Positions 1-9,399 of a DNA stretch of 64,000 bases are shown here, one piece after another. This stretch comes from a virus. A program made the translations under genes and the position numbers. The notes beneath the pieces are model-generated. The model had not been told where the DNA came from, did not search any database, and was given only the letters and a program-made list of their open reading frames with translations. Numbering within the stretch: position 1 is the first letter of the stretch; each line of letters starts with the position of its first letter. Where the stretch lies: IMG/VR virus record IMGVR_UViG_3300042557_001040, positions 23,970 through 87,969 of that record. One strand, written 5' to 3'.

Positions 1-1
1 T

Positions 2-100
2 GAGAATACTTGTAAGTCTCCTAAAGGGATGTTTCCAACATTTGAAATTGTAAATGACCTTGCTTATGTAAGAGAGTCTATTTTGAATTACGAATCATAA
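2..100 (+). CDS. 3' end of probable phage AAA-family ATPase (truncated by window edge)
   Basis: Frame 2 reads ENTCKSPKGMFPTFEIVNDLAYVRESILNYES*. TCKSPxGMF is typical of the C-terminus of the AAA ATPase in crAss-like replication modules. Confidence 0.6.
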   Translation, partial: ENTCKSPKGMFPTFEIVNDLAYVRESILNYES

Positions 101-126
101 TCTATTAAAATTTAAATCTTAACAAC

Positions 127-735
127 ATGTTTAACACAAAAGGACAAGAAATTAAAACTGGTGGAGGAACACAAAAAAGTTTACAACCAGGTGTAGTGTA
201 TGCACACATTTATGATGCACAAGTTAGAACTGCTAAGAGTGGCAAAAAAGCTCTTGAGCTTACATTGGAAGGCCCTGCAATGGAAAACTTTGAAGGCTGG
301 GCTGTAGATAGAAACAACATTGAGGGTGAGAAGTTTAAAGGTCAGTCTGCCAAAGTTATGGCAACTATTTATACAGATGACTTTAACTCCCAAAGTCCTG
401 CTAAAAATGACATTCTTTATAAACTTTTGTTTATTGCCTCTGAGCTTGGTCTTAGAGATGATCTAGATGGTATCACAAGCAACACCATTGAAGAGTGGGT
501 TAAAGAAGCAATTAACATTCTTAAGAATAAGAATCTTTATTTCTTCTTGAAAGGCACTGAGGAAGAATATAATGGCAAAACCATTATTAAACTGTCCCTG
601 CCTAAGTTTAAGTTTGCCTCTTCTGAAAAGGATGGCTTGGATGCATTTGATAAGAACAATCAATATCATTATAAAGCTCTTCAAAATAAACCCATCTCTG
701 GTTTTGAACCAGCAGCAGATGACTTTGAAATGTAA
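127..735 (+). CDS. probable single-stranded DNA-binding protein
   Basis: 202 aa, beta-rich N-terminal half, acidic-aromatic C-terminal tail (AADDFEM), located between ATPase and primase. Confidence 0.55.
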   Translation: MFNTKGQEIKTGGGTQKSLQPGVVYAHIYDAQVRTAKSGKKALELTLEGPAMENFEGWAVDRNNIEGEKFKGQSAKVMATIYTDDFNSQSPAKNDILYKLLFIASELGLRDDLDGITSNTIEEWVKEAINILKNKNLYFFLKGTEEEYNGKTIIKLSLPKFKFASSEKDGLDAFDKNNQYHYKALQNKPISGFEPAADDFEM

Positions 736-760
736 GGGTTAGTGTTTTATCATTTTTTAT

Positions 761-788
761 GGGGAGTGTTTCTACACTCCCCTTTTTT
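761..788 (+). terminator. intrinsic terminator
   Basis: GGGGAGTGT-TTCT-ACACTCCCC perfect 9-bp stem followed by T6. Confidence 0.85.
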
Positions 789-800
789 ATTCTAAATTTG
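769..800 (+). promoter_or_regulatory. candidate Bacteroidota sigma70-type promoter for primase
   Basis: TAAATTTG (793-800) matches the -7 consensus TAnnTTTG. TTTC at 769-772 is a near match to -33 TTTG with a 20-nt spacer. Confidence 0.4.
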
Positions 801-805
801 TGTCC

Positions 806-1780
806 ATGTTTAAAACAAAGAACTTGGTACATAATGTAAAGGATGTACCAATAAAATGGATATTTGAACATTTCTGCAAGTTGAATGAGAAACTCAGCGG
901 GCAAGATGTAAAAATTAAGTCTTTATTTAATCCTGCAGAACGTACCCCTAGCATGTGCATTTTCTTTAATGATACACATGGTGGGTATAGATATAAAGAT
1001 TTCTCTACAGGGAAGGGTGGTTCTGCTATGGATTTGGTAAAAGAACTTTATTCTTTATCTTTTCATAAGGCTTGTGAGTTTATTGTAGAAAGTTATAATG
1101 ACTTTGTACTACATAACAATGGAGGCTATGATGTCCAAGAATTTGTAAAGCAAAGTAAATATAAGGTTACTAGTTATAAGGTGAGAAGCTGGTCTACACA
1201 AGATCAGTATTTTTGGACTCAGTTTAACATTGGTTCTAAGATTCTTGAAAAGCATCATGTCAAGCCTCTGGAAAACTACTTTATGACCAAAGATGAAAAA
1301 GAACTTTGTATAAAAGGACTCTACATCTATGGTTATTTTAAGGAGGACGGTTCTCTCTATAAGATATATCAGCCTAAAACCCTTGATAAAAAATTCATCA
1401 AGGTGGCTAGCTATGTCCAAGGATGGGAACAGCTAGAGAAACATGATCACCTGCTTATTACATCCAGTCTTAAAGATGTAATGGCCATTAAATCTCTTAA
1501 GCTTAAGATAGATGTTATAGCTCCTGATAGTGAAAATACAATATTAAAGGAAGACATAATACAATCTATTAAAAAGAGATTTAAGAAAGTGATTGTGATG
1601 TTTGACAATGATGAAGCAGGAATAAAAGCCATGCAGAGTTATAAAGAAAAACATCCATTTATAGAAATAACACTTCTTCCAATGAGTAAAGATGTTTCAG
1701 ATAGCATTAAAGATTTTGGAGCTAAGGAGGTTTTAAACAAATTAGTGCCTATCTTAGATAAAAAAATCAATAATGGCTAA
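806..1780 (+). CDS. dnaG: DNA primase (DnaG-like, TOPRIM)
   Basis: N-terminal SLFNPAERTPS..YKDFSTGKGG zinc-finger-derived region. TOPRIM motifs LITSSLKDVM and MFDNDEAG. Confidence 0.85.
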   Translation: MFKTKNLVHNVKDVPIKWIFEHFCKLNEKLSGQDVKIKSLFNPAERTPSMCIFFNDTHGGYRYKDFSTGKGGSAMDLVKELYSLSFHKACEFIVESYNDFVLHNNGGYDVQEFVKQSKYKVTSYKVRSWSTQDQYFWTQFNIGSKILEKHHVKPLENYFMTKDEKELCIKGLYIYGYFKEDGSLYKIYQPKTLDKKFIKVASYVQGWEQLEKHDHLLITSSLKDVMAIKSLKLKIDVIAPDSENTILKEDIIQSIKKRFKKVIVMFDNDEAGIKAMQSYKEKHPFIEITLLPMSKDVSDSIKDFGAKEVLNKLVPILDKKINNG

Positions 1781-2159
1781 GAAAAAACGCATTGTGACCC
1801 CCAAACCCAGAAATGCTGGCACCATGACGGAGTCAGCTTTCTGGTCTTTTATTAGGAGTGCTCTTAGGCAGAAGAGTAGATGGTGGAAGCCTATTACACA
1901 ATGCAAGATGAAGTCACGCAGACCTTATAAAGGACCAAATAAAAGACAAAAGTTTGAATACCAATGCAAACAATGCTCTAACTGGTTTCCTGATAAGAAG
2001 GTAAATGTGGACCACATCATACCTGCTGGTACATTAAGATGTGCTCAAGACCTTCCAGGGTTTGTAGAGAGGTTATTTTGTGAAGTGGGCAATCTACAGG
2101 TGCTCTGCACTACATGCCACGATAAAAAAACAAAAGATGAAAAGTCCAAAAACGTATGA
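1773..2159 (+). CDS. HNH endonuclease
   Basis: CKQC...VDHIIP...NLQVLCTTCHDKK is the HNH/Zn signature. Confidence 0.85.
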   Translation: MAKKKRIVTPKPRNAGTMTESAFWSFIRSALRQKSRWWKPITQCKMKSRRPYKGPNKRQKFEYQCKQCSNWFPDKKVNVDHIIPAGTLRCAQDLPGFVERLFCEVGNLQVLCTTCHDKKTKDEKSKNV

Positions 2160-2325
2160 GGATCTTATAGAAACTGTATTAAAACAAATTGAATTAGATG
2201 TACACTGTGGAGATGTGGAAGCTATAGAAGAACTGCTTGAGTTCTGCCCTATACAAAACCTTATAGCCTATTTACCAGAAGAAGATTGGAAAAAATTTAA
2301 ACATTTAGACAATGAAACTAACTAA
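2137..2325 (+). CDS. hypothetical protein
   Basis: ATG at 2137 overlapping the HNH end, 62 aa, tight operon packing. Confidence 0.6.
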   Translation: MKSPKTYEDLIETVLKQIELDVHCGDVEAIEELLEFCPIQNLIAYLPEEDWKKFKHLDNETN

Positions 2326-2470
2326 AGAAGAAGTGAAAGCTTTAAGGCTTTACTTGGATGAAACAACTATTAACATCACAAGTCTTATAAAGAAAATAGG
2401 GCTTGTTAATGTTAGACAATTTGAAAAAGTGATTGATAAAATTTACAAGGAAGATGGCACAATTGCATGA
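2312..2470 (+). CDS. small hypothetical protein (not in ORF track)
   Basis: 52-aa ORF MKLTKEEVKALRLYLDE...EDGTIA overlapping both neighbours and filling the gap. Confidence 0.55.
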   Translation: MKLTKEEVKALRLYLDETTINITSLIKKIGLVNVRQFEKVIDKIYKEDGTIA

Positions 2471-2657
2471 GACCCTAATGGGTAGAAAACTTATAGAAAG
2501 TACACTGCCTAGAATTGCTGATGCTTTAGAAGAAATCGCACGTCAGCTTAAACTAGCAAATAGAGAAAAAGAAGAACAATGGAAACAAGAAGCCTACTGG
2601 GAAGAAATGGAAAGAAAACTCAGTGAGCAAAGAGATGATTTAGTTATTCCCTTTTAA
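2454..2657 (+). CDS. hypothetical protein
   Basis: MAQLHETLMGRKLIESTLPRIADALE..., helical small phage protein, ATG at 2454. Confidence 0.6.
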   Translation: MAQLHETLMGRKLIESTLPRIADALEEIARQLKLANREKEEQWKQEAYWEEMERKLSEQRDDLVIPF

Positions 2658-2667
2658 ATTATACACT

Positions 2668-2820
2668 ATGCCAGAAGAATTAGTTTTGTTAGACCCCATC
2701 AATGTTCAATCACTTATAGAGTTTTTAGAGTATGAAGAAGGCTATACAAAAGACCCTGAGACAGCAAAAAGAATTAGAGAACTATTAATTAAATTAAACA
2801 TATGGAACTTGAACAGTTAA
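2668..2820 (+). CDS. small hypothetical protein (not in ORF track)
   Basis: 50-aa ORF MPEELVLLDP...IWNLNS filling the gap and overlapping the next start. Confidence 0.55.
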   Translation: MPEELVLLDPINVQSLIEFLEYEEGYTKDPETAKRIRELLIKLNIWNLNS

Positions 2821-3830
2821 TGGAAGACTCTGTGAAACTCATAGAGGAAGACTTTTATAAAAAGAAGTTTTATTTTTCTTACAGCAGCTTGAATAAACTG
2901 ATGTGGAACCCCACTGTGTTTTACCAGATGTATGTTCTGGGCCTCAAAGAAGAGAAGACAGACCAACATTTGGTGCATGGAAAGGTTATACATGCACTTC
3001 TTTTAGAAAAGGAGAAGTTTAATGAGAAATTTACCATTTCTCTCACTTCCCTTCCTACAGGAAACACAAAGACTGTTTTAGATATTGTCTATAAACATTC
3101 TCTGGAGCTTATAAAGAATGGAGACCAAAGAACAGAACTCAATGAGTACCAAAATGCAATTATAGATGTCCTTAGAGATATGAATTTGCATCAGAGTTTA
3201 AAGACAGACCAACAAAGAGTTGATAAGATAATCACACCTGAAGCTCTCACCTATTGGTCCTATCTTCAAACAAAGGGGGAAAAAACAGTTATAGACAAAG
3301 AAACATATGATTATTGTGAAAATGCTGTGGAAATGATTAAATTCAATAAAGACATCTGTGGTCTTATTGGATGTAATGTTTCTGAGTTTGACAATAAACA
3401 GGTGTTTAATGAGATTCCCTTACAGGTGGATATCCCCAACAATGTTTTTGGTCTTAAGGGAATTATAGACAATTTAGTATTTGACCATGATAAAAAAATT
3501 GTTTATATTAATGATATAAAGACAACCTCAAAAGATCTTAAGGATTTTTCTGAGACTGTTGAGTTTTATTCATATTGGATGCAAGCTGCAATCTACTGCA
3601 CTCTAATAAGTTTAAAACATCCAAACTTACTGGCATCAGGTTATCAGCTGAAGTTTCACTTTGTTGTAATAGATAAGATGTTGCAAGCTTATGCCTTCCC
3701 TGTAAGAGAAGCCACTCTTGTGGATTGGTTGGATAGATTTAAAGCAGTGCTAGACAAGGCAATGTGGCATTATGAAAAGAGAAGATATGATCTGCCTTAT
3801 GATTTTGCAGTGAATTCTGTCACTCTATAA
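2802..3830 (+). CDS. PD-(D/E)XK exonuclease (RecB/RecE-DUF3799-like)
   Basis: FSYSSL, HGKVIHALLLE, KGIIDNL...INDIKTT, YWMQAAIY motifs. Confidence 0.85.
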   Translation: MELEQLMEDSVKLIEEDFYKKKFYFSYSSLNKLMWNPTVFYQMYVLGLKEEKTDQHLVHGKVIHALLLEKEKFNEKFTISLTSLPTGNTKTVLDIVYKHSLELIKNGDQRTELNEYQNAIIDVLRDMNLHQSLKTDQQRVDKIITPEALTYWSYLQTKGEKTVIDKETYDYCENAVEMIKFNKDICGLIGCNVSEFDNKQVFNEIPLQVDIPNNVFGLKGIIDNLVFDHDKKIVYINDIKTTSKDLKDFSETVEFYSYWMQAAIYCTLISLKHPNLLASGYQLKFHFVVIDKMLQAYAFPVREATLVDWLDRFKAVLDKAMWHYEKRRYDLPYDFAVNSVTL

Positions 3831-3840
3831 AAAATGTATA

Positions 3841-4404
3841 ATGATCAAGAGTTTGTATGGAAAATATTTTCAAAAATCCAGGTCTTTTCTTTACCCAGCT
3901 CTTGGTATAAGGAAGAATAGCAAGTTTTCACCTTTAGGAACATACCTTTCTATAAAGAATGTTATAGGTCCTGAAGATGCAAAACTTATATGCACGTTTA
4001 AGAAAGAAGATGATAACAAAGAATTTGAACTTTTTGAAATGAATATGTTGTTAGAAAATCCCTTATTCTTGAAAAAGATAAGTTTAGATGAGTATAATAT
4101 TTACATATTTGATTTTGAAGCATATCAAGCTGATTGGTTCAACTTCATATTGGGAAAATACTCCAGGCTCTCCAATGTGTTAAAGAGAGCAATAAAGAAC
4201 TATTATGGTCAAAATAGCATGGAATATGAATACATGGACAGCTACTTACATCCAGTTGAATACTTTAATTTATATTCTAATCTGTTAGATATTGACACTG
4301 ATAGTTTAAAAAAAATAGGAGAACTTTGTGATGCGTGTGATATTAATAAAGAAACTTTAGAACTTTCAGAAAAAGATTTGGAAAGTTTAAAAGATCTCTT
4401 TTAA
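3841..4404 (+). CDS. hypothetical phage protein
   Basis: 187-aa ORF in the operon, no motif recognised. Confidence 0.7.
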   Translation: MIKSLYGKYFQKSRSFLYPALGIRKNSKFSPLGTYLSIKNVIGPEDAKLICTFKKEDDNKEFELFEMNMLLENPLFLKKISLDEYNIYIFDFEAYQADWFNFILGKYSRLSNVLKRAIKNYYGQNSMEYEYMDSYLHPVEYFNLYSNLLDIDTDSLKKIGELCDACDINKETLELSEKDLESLKDLF

Positions 4405-4425
4405 TTTGTGTAAAAATCAACTATT

Positions 4426-4842
4426 ATGAACAATTCAATGTTATTAGTTACATCTGCTTGGGGTAACTTCAAAACCTTCAAGCTGATTCCAATTTCAAAA
4501 GACTGCCCTTACAATGAGTGCATTTTTGATGTCAAGGCAAAAGTGCTGGCTGTAATTTCTAAAGAAAGCAAACAGTCTTTGCACATGCTCCCTAAGTTGA
4601 ACGATCAAGGTGACGTTCAATACCTTAAGATAGGTAAGAAGAGCAATGGTAAAGACTATGCAGAAGAAAGAAAGCTTCTTGACACCTTTTATGAGTATTA
4701 TATTGAAGAGACCCCTGAGGTGGAAAACTTTATAAAGATGTTTGCCATCAATGCTGAGTCCTTTGATTATACCAAGTATATAGATTTTGAAATGCCAAAA
4801 GAAGAAATCAAAGAAAATGCTATTGTAACTTCTTTGGTATAA
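4426..4842 (+). CDS. hypothetical phage protein
   Basis: 138-aa ORF followed by a terminator. Confidence 0.7.
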   Translation: MNNSMLLVTSAWGNFKTFKLIPISKDCPYNECIFDVKAKVLAVISKESKQSLHMLPKLNDQGDVQYLKIGKKSNGKDYAEERKLLDTFYEYYIEETPEVENFIKMFAINAESFDYTKYIDFEMPKEEIKENAIVTSLV

Positions 4843-4858
4843 TGGTTAGTTGAAATGG

Positions 4859-4893
4859 AAAAAAGGAAGTGTGTAATTGCACTTCCTTTTTTT
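4859..4893 (+). terminator. intrinsic terminator (potentially bidirectional)
   Basis: AAAAGGAAGTG-TGTAATTG-CACTTCCTTTT plus T run. Confidence 0.85.
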
Positions 4894-4926
4894 ATCACCA
4901 TCTTAAAGGGGAAACAGCTTAACTGA

Positions 4927-6870
4927 ATGCACACCACCATGAAGAAAACACACTGGGTGATGGATTATGAGACACTTGTAAACTGTTTCATAGGTGTATT
5001 TATAGATTATAAAGACAGTAATGTAAAACATCTTTTTGTATTACATGAAACTAGAAACGACTTTCAAAAACTTGTAGAGTTCTTACAAAGGAATGTAGTT
5101 CAAAAAGAAAGACACATTTCTTTTAACGGACTTGCATTTGATGCTCAGATTTCCCATTACATTCTTGAACACCATAAGAAGCTCGCTCTTCTTCCTGTAA
5201 ATGACATCATCTCTTCAATTTATAAGTTTGCACAAGAAACTATAAAGAAGAGTGATGAAAACAAGTTTCACACCTATTCTCCTAATCAAATGAAGATTAA
5301 GCAGATAGATGTGTTTAAGCTTAATCATTGGGATAATAAGGCAAAGATGAGTGGCTTGAAATGGATACAGTATTCCATGGACTGGGATAATGTAGAGGAA
5401 ATGCCACACCCCCACTATCAACCCGTGACAGATGATCACACTTTGAATTCTGTCATTAACTATTGCGTTAATGATGTTCTCTCAACCAAGGAAGTATTTA
5501 AGCATTCCAAGGAACAGATACAGCTAAGGAAAGATCTTACAGAAGAATATAGAATAGATCTCTTCTCTGCATCTGAGCCAAGGATATCTAAAGAATTGTT
5601 CCTGCACTTCTTGCATGAAAAACTTGGCTGGCAGAAATCAGAAATCAAACTCCTGCGTACACCTAGAACCCACATTGTTTTAGGTGATTGCATACTTCCT
5701 TATATTACATTTAAGACCCCTGAGTTCAACAAGATGTTGGACTACTTTCGTACAAAGGTAATCACCTCCACTAAAGATGGTTTTAAATATAGTATGCATT
5801 ACAAAGGTGTAAAAACAGATTATGGCTTGGGTGGCATCCATGGTGCAGCAAATAGTGGTGTTTATAAAGCAAAAGCAGGGTGGACAATTATGACAAGTGA
5901 TGTTGTAAGCTACTACCCCAACCTTGCTATTAAAAACAAATGGGCACCAGAGCATCTTCCTAAAGAAGAATTCTGCAGTCTTTATGAGTGGATATTTGAA
6001 GAAAGAAAGAAAATCCCCAAATCCAACCCTAAGAACTATGTTTACAAGATCATTTTAAATTCCACTTATGGTCTCACTGGCGATGAAAATAGCTTCCTGT
6101 ATGACCCTAAGATGACTATGCAAATCACTGTAAACGGTCAGCTCCTATTGTCAAAACTTTATGAAATGGTGAGTTTGGCTATTCCAGAGAGTGTTCCTCT
6201 TATGCAAAATACAGATGGTCTTGAGATGATCATTCCTGAAGATAAGAAAGATGTCTATATGCAGGTTTGTCAAGAATGGGAATATCTAACCAAGCTATCT
6301 CTTGAGCATGATGAGTATTCTAAAATGATTATTGGAGACGTAAATAACTACATTGCGGTTTACAAAAATGGTAAAACAAAATGTAAGGGCAGGTTTGAAT
6401 GGGAAGACCTTGAGAAAAAGAAAGTGGCCATGTTTCACAAGAACAAGTCTTTCCTTATTATTCCCAAGGCTATCTATGCATATTTTGTAGAGAACAAAAA
6501 TCCTGAAAAGTTTTTAGAAGAAAACCAAAATATATTTGATTATTGTGGTGCTGTAAAAGCTAAATCAGGATGGCACTTTGAAGAAAGAAGCATAGAAGAT
6601 GGCTGTTTAGAAGTCAAAAAATTACAGAAAATTGTAAGGTATTATGTATCCAACAATGGTGTCAAGCTTGTAAAATGCCACAATGATGGTAGAGAAATAC
6701 AGGCGGAAGCAGGTCAATGGTTACAAACACCTATTAACAAAATTGAAAAAGTGTCTGAATTTGACACGTATGACATTAACAAAAAGTTTTATTTGGAGAA
6801 TATTTACAAAGAAATAAACCAAATAGAACGTGTAAAAAGTAGGAAATCTGTTCAACTTTCATTATTTTAA
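4927..6870 (+). CDS. polB: family B DNA polymerase
   Basis: Exo motifs DYET, FNGLAFD, YCVNDV. Pol motifs SDVVSYYPN, KIILNSTYG, NTDG. No intein or intron seen. Confidence 0.93.
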   Translation: MHTTMKKTHWVMDYETLVNCFIGVFIDYKDSNVKHLFVLHETRNDFQKLVEFLQRNVVQKERHISFNGLAFDAQISHYILEHHKKLALLPVNDIISSIYKFAQETIKKSDENKFHTYSPNQMKIKQIDVFKLNHWDNKAKMSGLKWIQYSMDWDNVEEMPHPHYQPVTDDHTLNSVINYCVNDVLSTKEVFKHSKEQIQLRKDLTEEYRIDLFSASEPRISKELFLHFLHEKLGWQKSEIKLLRTPRTHIVLGDCILPYITFKTPEFNKMLDYFRTKVITSTKDGFKYSMHYKGVKTDYGLGGIHGAANSGVYKAKAGWTIMTSDVVSYYPNLAIKNKWAPEHLPKEEFCSLYEWIFEERKKIPKSNPKNYVYKIILNSTYGLTGDENSFLYDPKMTMQITVNGQLLLSKLYEMVSLAIPESVPLMQNTDGLEMIIPEDKKDVYMQVCQEWEYLTKLSLEHDEYSKMIIGDVNNYIAVYKNGKTKCKGRFEWEDLEKKKVAMFHKNKSFLIIPKAIYAYFVENKNPEKFLEENQNIFDYCGAVKAKSGWHFEERSIEDGCLEVKKLQKIVRYYVSNNGVKLVKCHNDGREIQAEAGQWLQTPINKIEKVSEFDTYDINKKFYLENIYKEINQIERVKSRKSVQLSLF

Positions 6871-6890
6871 CATTTCAAAAACCAACAAAA

Positions 6891-7718
6891 ATGCCAACTA
6901 AAGTTCCCTTCTGCACAGAAGTAAAACTAAAGAGTGTTCCCCTCCCTAATCATGGAGGACGTTATGCCGTTGTACCTCACGGCTACATTATAGATGAGGT
7001 GAAAAAAGAATTTGCAAGCTGTGGATTCAGTGTTCTCAAAGAAGAATATAGAAGCACAGAATCAGGAGATGTTGCACAAGGTGTATATCATTTGGATTAT
7101 GGCTCTGACCAAGACATGGGTCTTATGTTTGCATGGAGCAACTCTTACAACAAGACAATGCGTTTCAAATGCGCAGCTGGTGGTAGAGTGTTCATCTGCA
7201 TGAATGGTGTGGTTTCTGGAGACATGAACAACTATTCCAGAAAGCATAGCGGCACAGCTCTTCAAGATGTAACAGCAAAGATTAAACTTCACATTGCAGA
7301 AGCTAAGAACCACTATAACAACCTTGTTGCAGACAAGCAAATGTTAAAAGGTGTAATGCTCACTACTAAAGATAAGGGTAGAATTCTTGGAGAATTGTTT
7401 GCCAAGGATGAAATCCTCACTCTTACACAGGTGGGTATTGTAAAGCGTGAGATGGATAAACCCACTTATAATTACAACTGTGATGTTAATTCTGCTTGGG
7501 CGATGTACAACCACATCACTCTTTCTCTGAAAGAATCACACCCACGTTCCTATCTGCATGATCATGAGAGAGTGCACCAGTATTTCATAAATGAGTTTGG
7601 TCAACTTATCACTCCTCAGAACACTCCTGTAAATACAGGATCTGATTATGATGTTGACACAAATACAACTGTTTATGAGCCAGTGGAAGAGTCCTTTTCT
7701 CATGTAAATTTTCTATAA
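6891..7718 (+). CDS. DUF932-family protein
   Basis: NSYNKTM..AGGRVFICMNG and SAWAMYNHIT motifs. Confidence 0.75.
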   Translation: MPTKVPFCTEVKLKSVPLPNHGGRYAVVPHGYIIDEVKKEFASCGFSVLKEEYRSTESGDVAQGVYHLDYGSDQDMGLMFAWSNSYNKTMRFKCAAGGRVFICMNGVVSGDMNNYSRKHSGTALQDVTAKIKLHIAEAKNHYNNLVADKQMLKGVMLTTKDKGRILGELFAKDEILTLTQVGIVKREMDKPTYNYNCDVNSAWAMYNHITLSLKESHPRSYLHDHERVHQYFINEFGQLITPQNTPVNTGSDYDVDTNTTVYEPVEESFSHVNFL

Positions 7719-7734
7719 TACTGCTTGCTGTAAA

Positions 7735-7766
7735 AAAAGGGGGGATGCTTAATGTGTCCCCCTTTT
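7735..7766 (+). terminator. intrinsic terminator
   Basis: GGGGGA-TGCTTAATGTG-TCCCCC flanked by A and T runs. Confidence 0.75.
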
Positions 7767-7777
7767 AATTTTTTTCT

Positions 7778-7921
7778 ATGAGCAAATTTATAAGAAGTTA
7801 TTACGAACAAACCTATAAAAATTATGTTCGTAAAAACACCTTGATGGGTTGGATTAAGCACATATGGCTTGTGATTTTATCTTTAACAATCAAACCAAAT
7901 AAAAATGATAATCGGCGTTAA
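7778..7921 (+). CDS. small hypothetical protein (not in ORF track)
   Basis: 47-aa ORF MSKFIRSYYEQ...WLVILSLTIKPNKNDNRR overlapping the kinase start. Confidence 0.45.
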   Translation: MSKFIRSYYEQTYKNYVRKNTLMGWIKHIWLVILSLTIKPNKNDNRR

Positions 7922-8549
7922 TGGTTATGCGGGCTCAGGTAAGGACACCATAGGTTACATTATACAATACATCTTTGCTATTGATAAACAAGGTGTCAGT
8001 ATAGAAGAACTATGTGCAAACTATAAAGACAATGAGTGGTGGATAGAGGAACAATCAGGTTGGCAGGTGAGAAAGTTTGCAGGTAAGCTTAAAGATATAG
8101 CAGGGCATTTGTTAAATGTGGACGTGGAAAAACTTGAGGATCAGGAGTTTAAGAAAACAGACCTTGGTCCTGAATGGGGAATGACGGTAAGAGATTTTCT
8201 ACAAAAGCTTGGTACAGATGCTATGAGAAATGGTTTACATTCTGATGTATGGGTGAATGCTCTTATGGCTGACTATGAATGTACACCTGCTGATAGAGCT
8301 CCTAATGGATGGGATTGTGATGACTGGATAATCACTGACACTAGGTTTCCTAATGAAGCCAAAGCCATCAAAGATAAAGGAGGCATCATTATACGTGTAG
8401 ACAGACCTGGTATAAAACCTGTAAACCCACATCCTTCAGAGGTGGCCCTAGATGATTGGAACTTTGACTATAAAATAGTGAATATATCAGACATCTACTC
8501 TCTTAAGCAAACTGTAGAGCAAGTGTTAAAACATGCTAAAATACTATGA
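7905..8549 (+). CDS. deoxynucleoside monophosphate kinase (T4 gp1-like)
   Basis: P-loop GYAGSGKDT, FAGKLK, RDFLQKLGTD, ITDTRFPNE, HPSE. Confidence 0.9.
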   Translation: MIIGVNGYAGSGKDTIGYIIQYIFAIDKQGVSIEELCANYKDNEWWIEEQSGWQVRKFAGKLKDIAGHLLNVDVEKLEDQEFKKTDLGPEWGMTVRDFLQKLGTDAMRNGLHSDVWVNALMADYECTPADRAPNGWDCDDWIITDTRFPNEAKAIKDKGGIIIRVDRPGIKPVNPHPSEVALDDWNFDYKIVNISDIYSLKQTVEQVLKHAKIL

Positions 8550-9397
8550 AAATAATAAAACAGAAAACCAAGACACTGGTTACAAGAGATAATGGGAGAA
8601 GTGCTGATGCAATTTCTCCCAATTTTATCTATGGATGTCTTGGTGGTTGTATGAAGTCCTATTGTTATGTAGGAAGATACAACCATGATAAGGTATATAT
8701 AAATGAGAATATAGATGAGATAACTAATTCTATTAATGACTGGGTATTTAAACAAAAATGGCCTAAAACTCCTAATCAGTGTGATGCTACTTATTACACT
8801 ATAGATATAGGATGCAGCACAGATGTAGCTTTAATGTCCAAACATTATGATTGGAATCAAGTTTTTCAGTTTTTTAATACTTGGCCTAAGATAAAAAGCA
8901 CATTTGCCACTAAATATCCTACTATGTTTAATCCAGGTGACTACAATTTGTTGCCAACTAAACATAGAATAAGAGTGAGCTTAATGCCTCAAAAGTATTC
9001 AGACATACTAGAACCAGGTACAGATAAAATATCAGATAGAATAGACTGCATCCCCAAACTTCAAGAGAAGATGGAAGTGCACATTAATTTCTCTCCTATT
9101 ATATATACAGACGGTTGGTTGGATGAATATAAAAAGTTGTTTGAAGAGTTAAAATCTAAGGGAATAGATGTAAAGTGTGAGTGTATTTTCCTAACTTACA
9201 ACACTATTCAGCATGAGCGTAATGATCCTGCAGTAGACAGTTTGTTATGGAGACCTGAGATACAAGAAGCCAAGGACTCCCAGTATGCTCCAGATAACAT
9301 AAGGTATCAGTGGAAACTAAAAAGTAAGATGGTTACACAATTCACCGACCTTTACAGAGAGTATTTTAATCCTTTAAACATTAGATATATTTTTTAA
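8546..9397 (+). CDS. spore photoproduct lyase-like radical SAM protein
   Basis: GCLGGCMKSYCYV cluster motif, GCSTD (position of the SPL catalytic Cys), FATKY, RIRVSLMPQ, HINFSPII. Confidence 0.8.
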   Translation: MKIIKQKTKTLVTRDNGRSADAISPNFIYGCLGGCMKSYCYVGRYNHDKVYINENIDEITNSINDWVFKQKWPKTPNQCDATYYTIDIGCSTDVALMSKHYDWNQVFQFFNTWPKIKSTFATKYPTMFNPGDYNLLPTKHRIRVSLMPQKYSDILEPGTDKISDRIDCIPKLQEKMEVHINFSPIIYTDGWLDEYKKLFEELKSKGIDVKCECIFLTYNTIQHERNDPAVDSLLWRPEIQEAKDSQYAPDNIRYQWKLKSKMVTQFTDLYREYFNPLNIRYIF

Positions 9398-9399
9398 TC

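Noticed and set aside
2802-3830. Cas4-like appearance of the nuclease
   Set aside because: It lacks the four-Cys Fe-S motif and any CRISPR context, so it is an ordinary phage replication/recombination exonuclease.
4905-4926. Small CAG-CTTAA-CTG hairpin just upstream of polB as a translational operator
   Set aside because: A 3-bp stem is too weak to support without comparative data.
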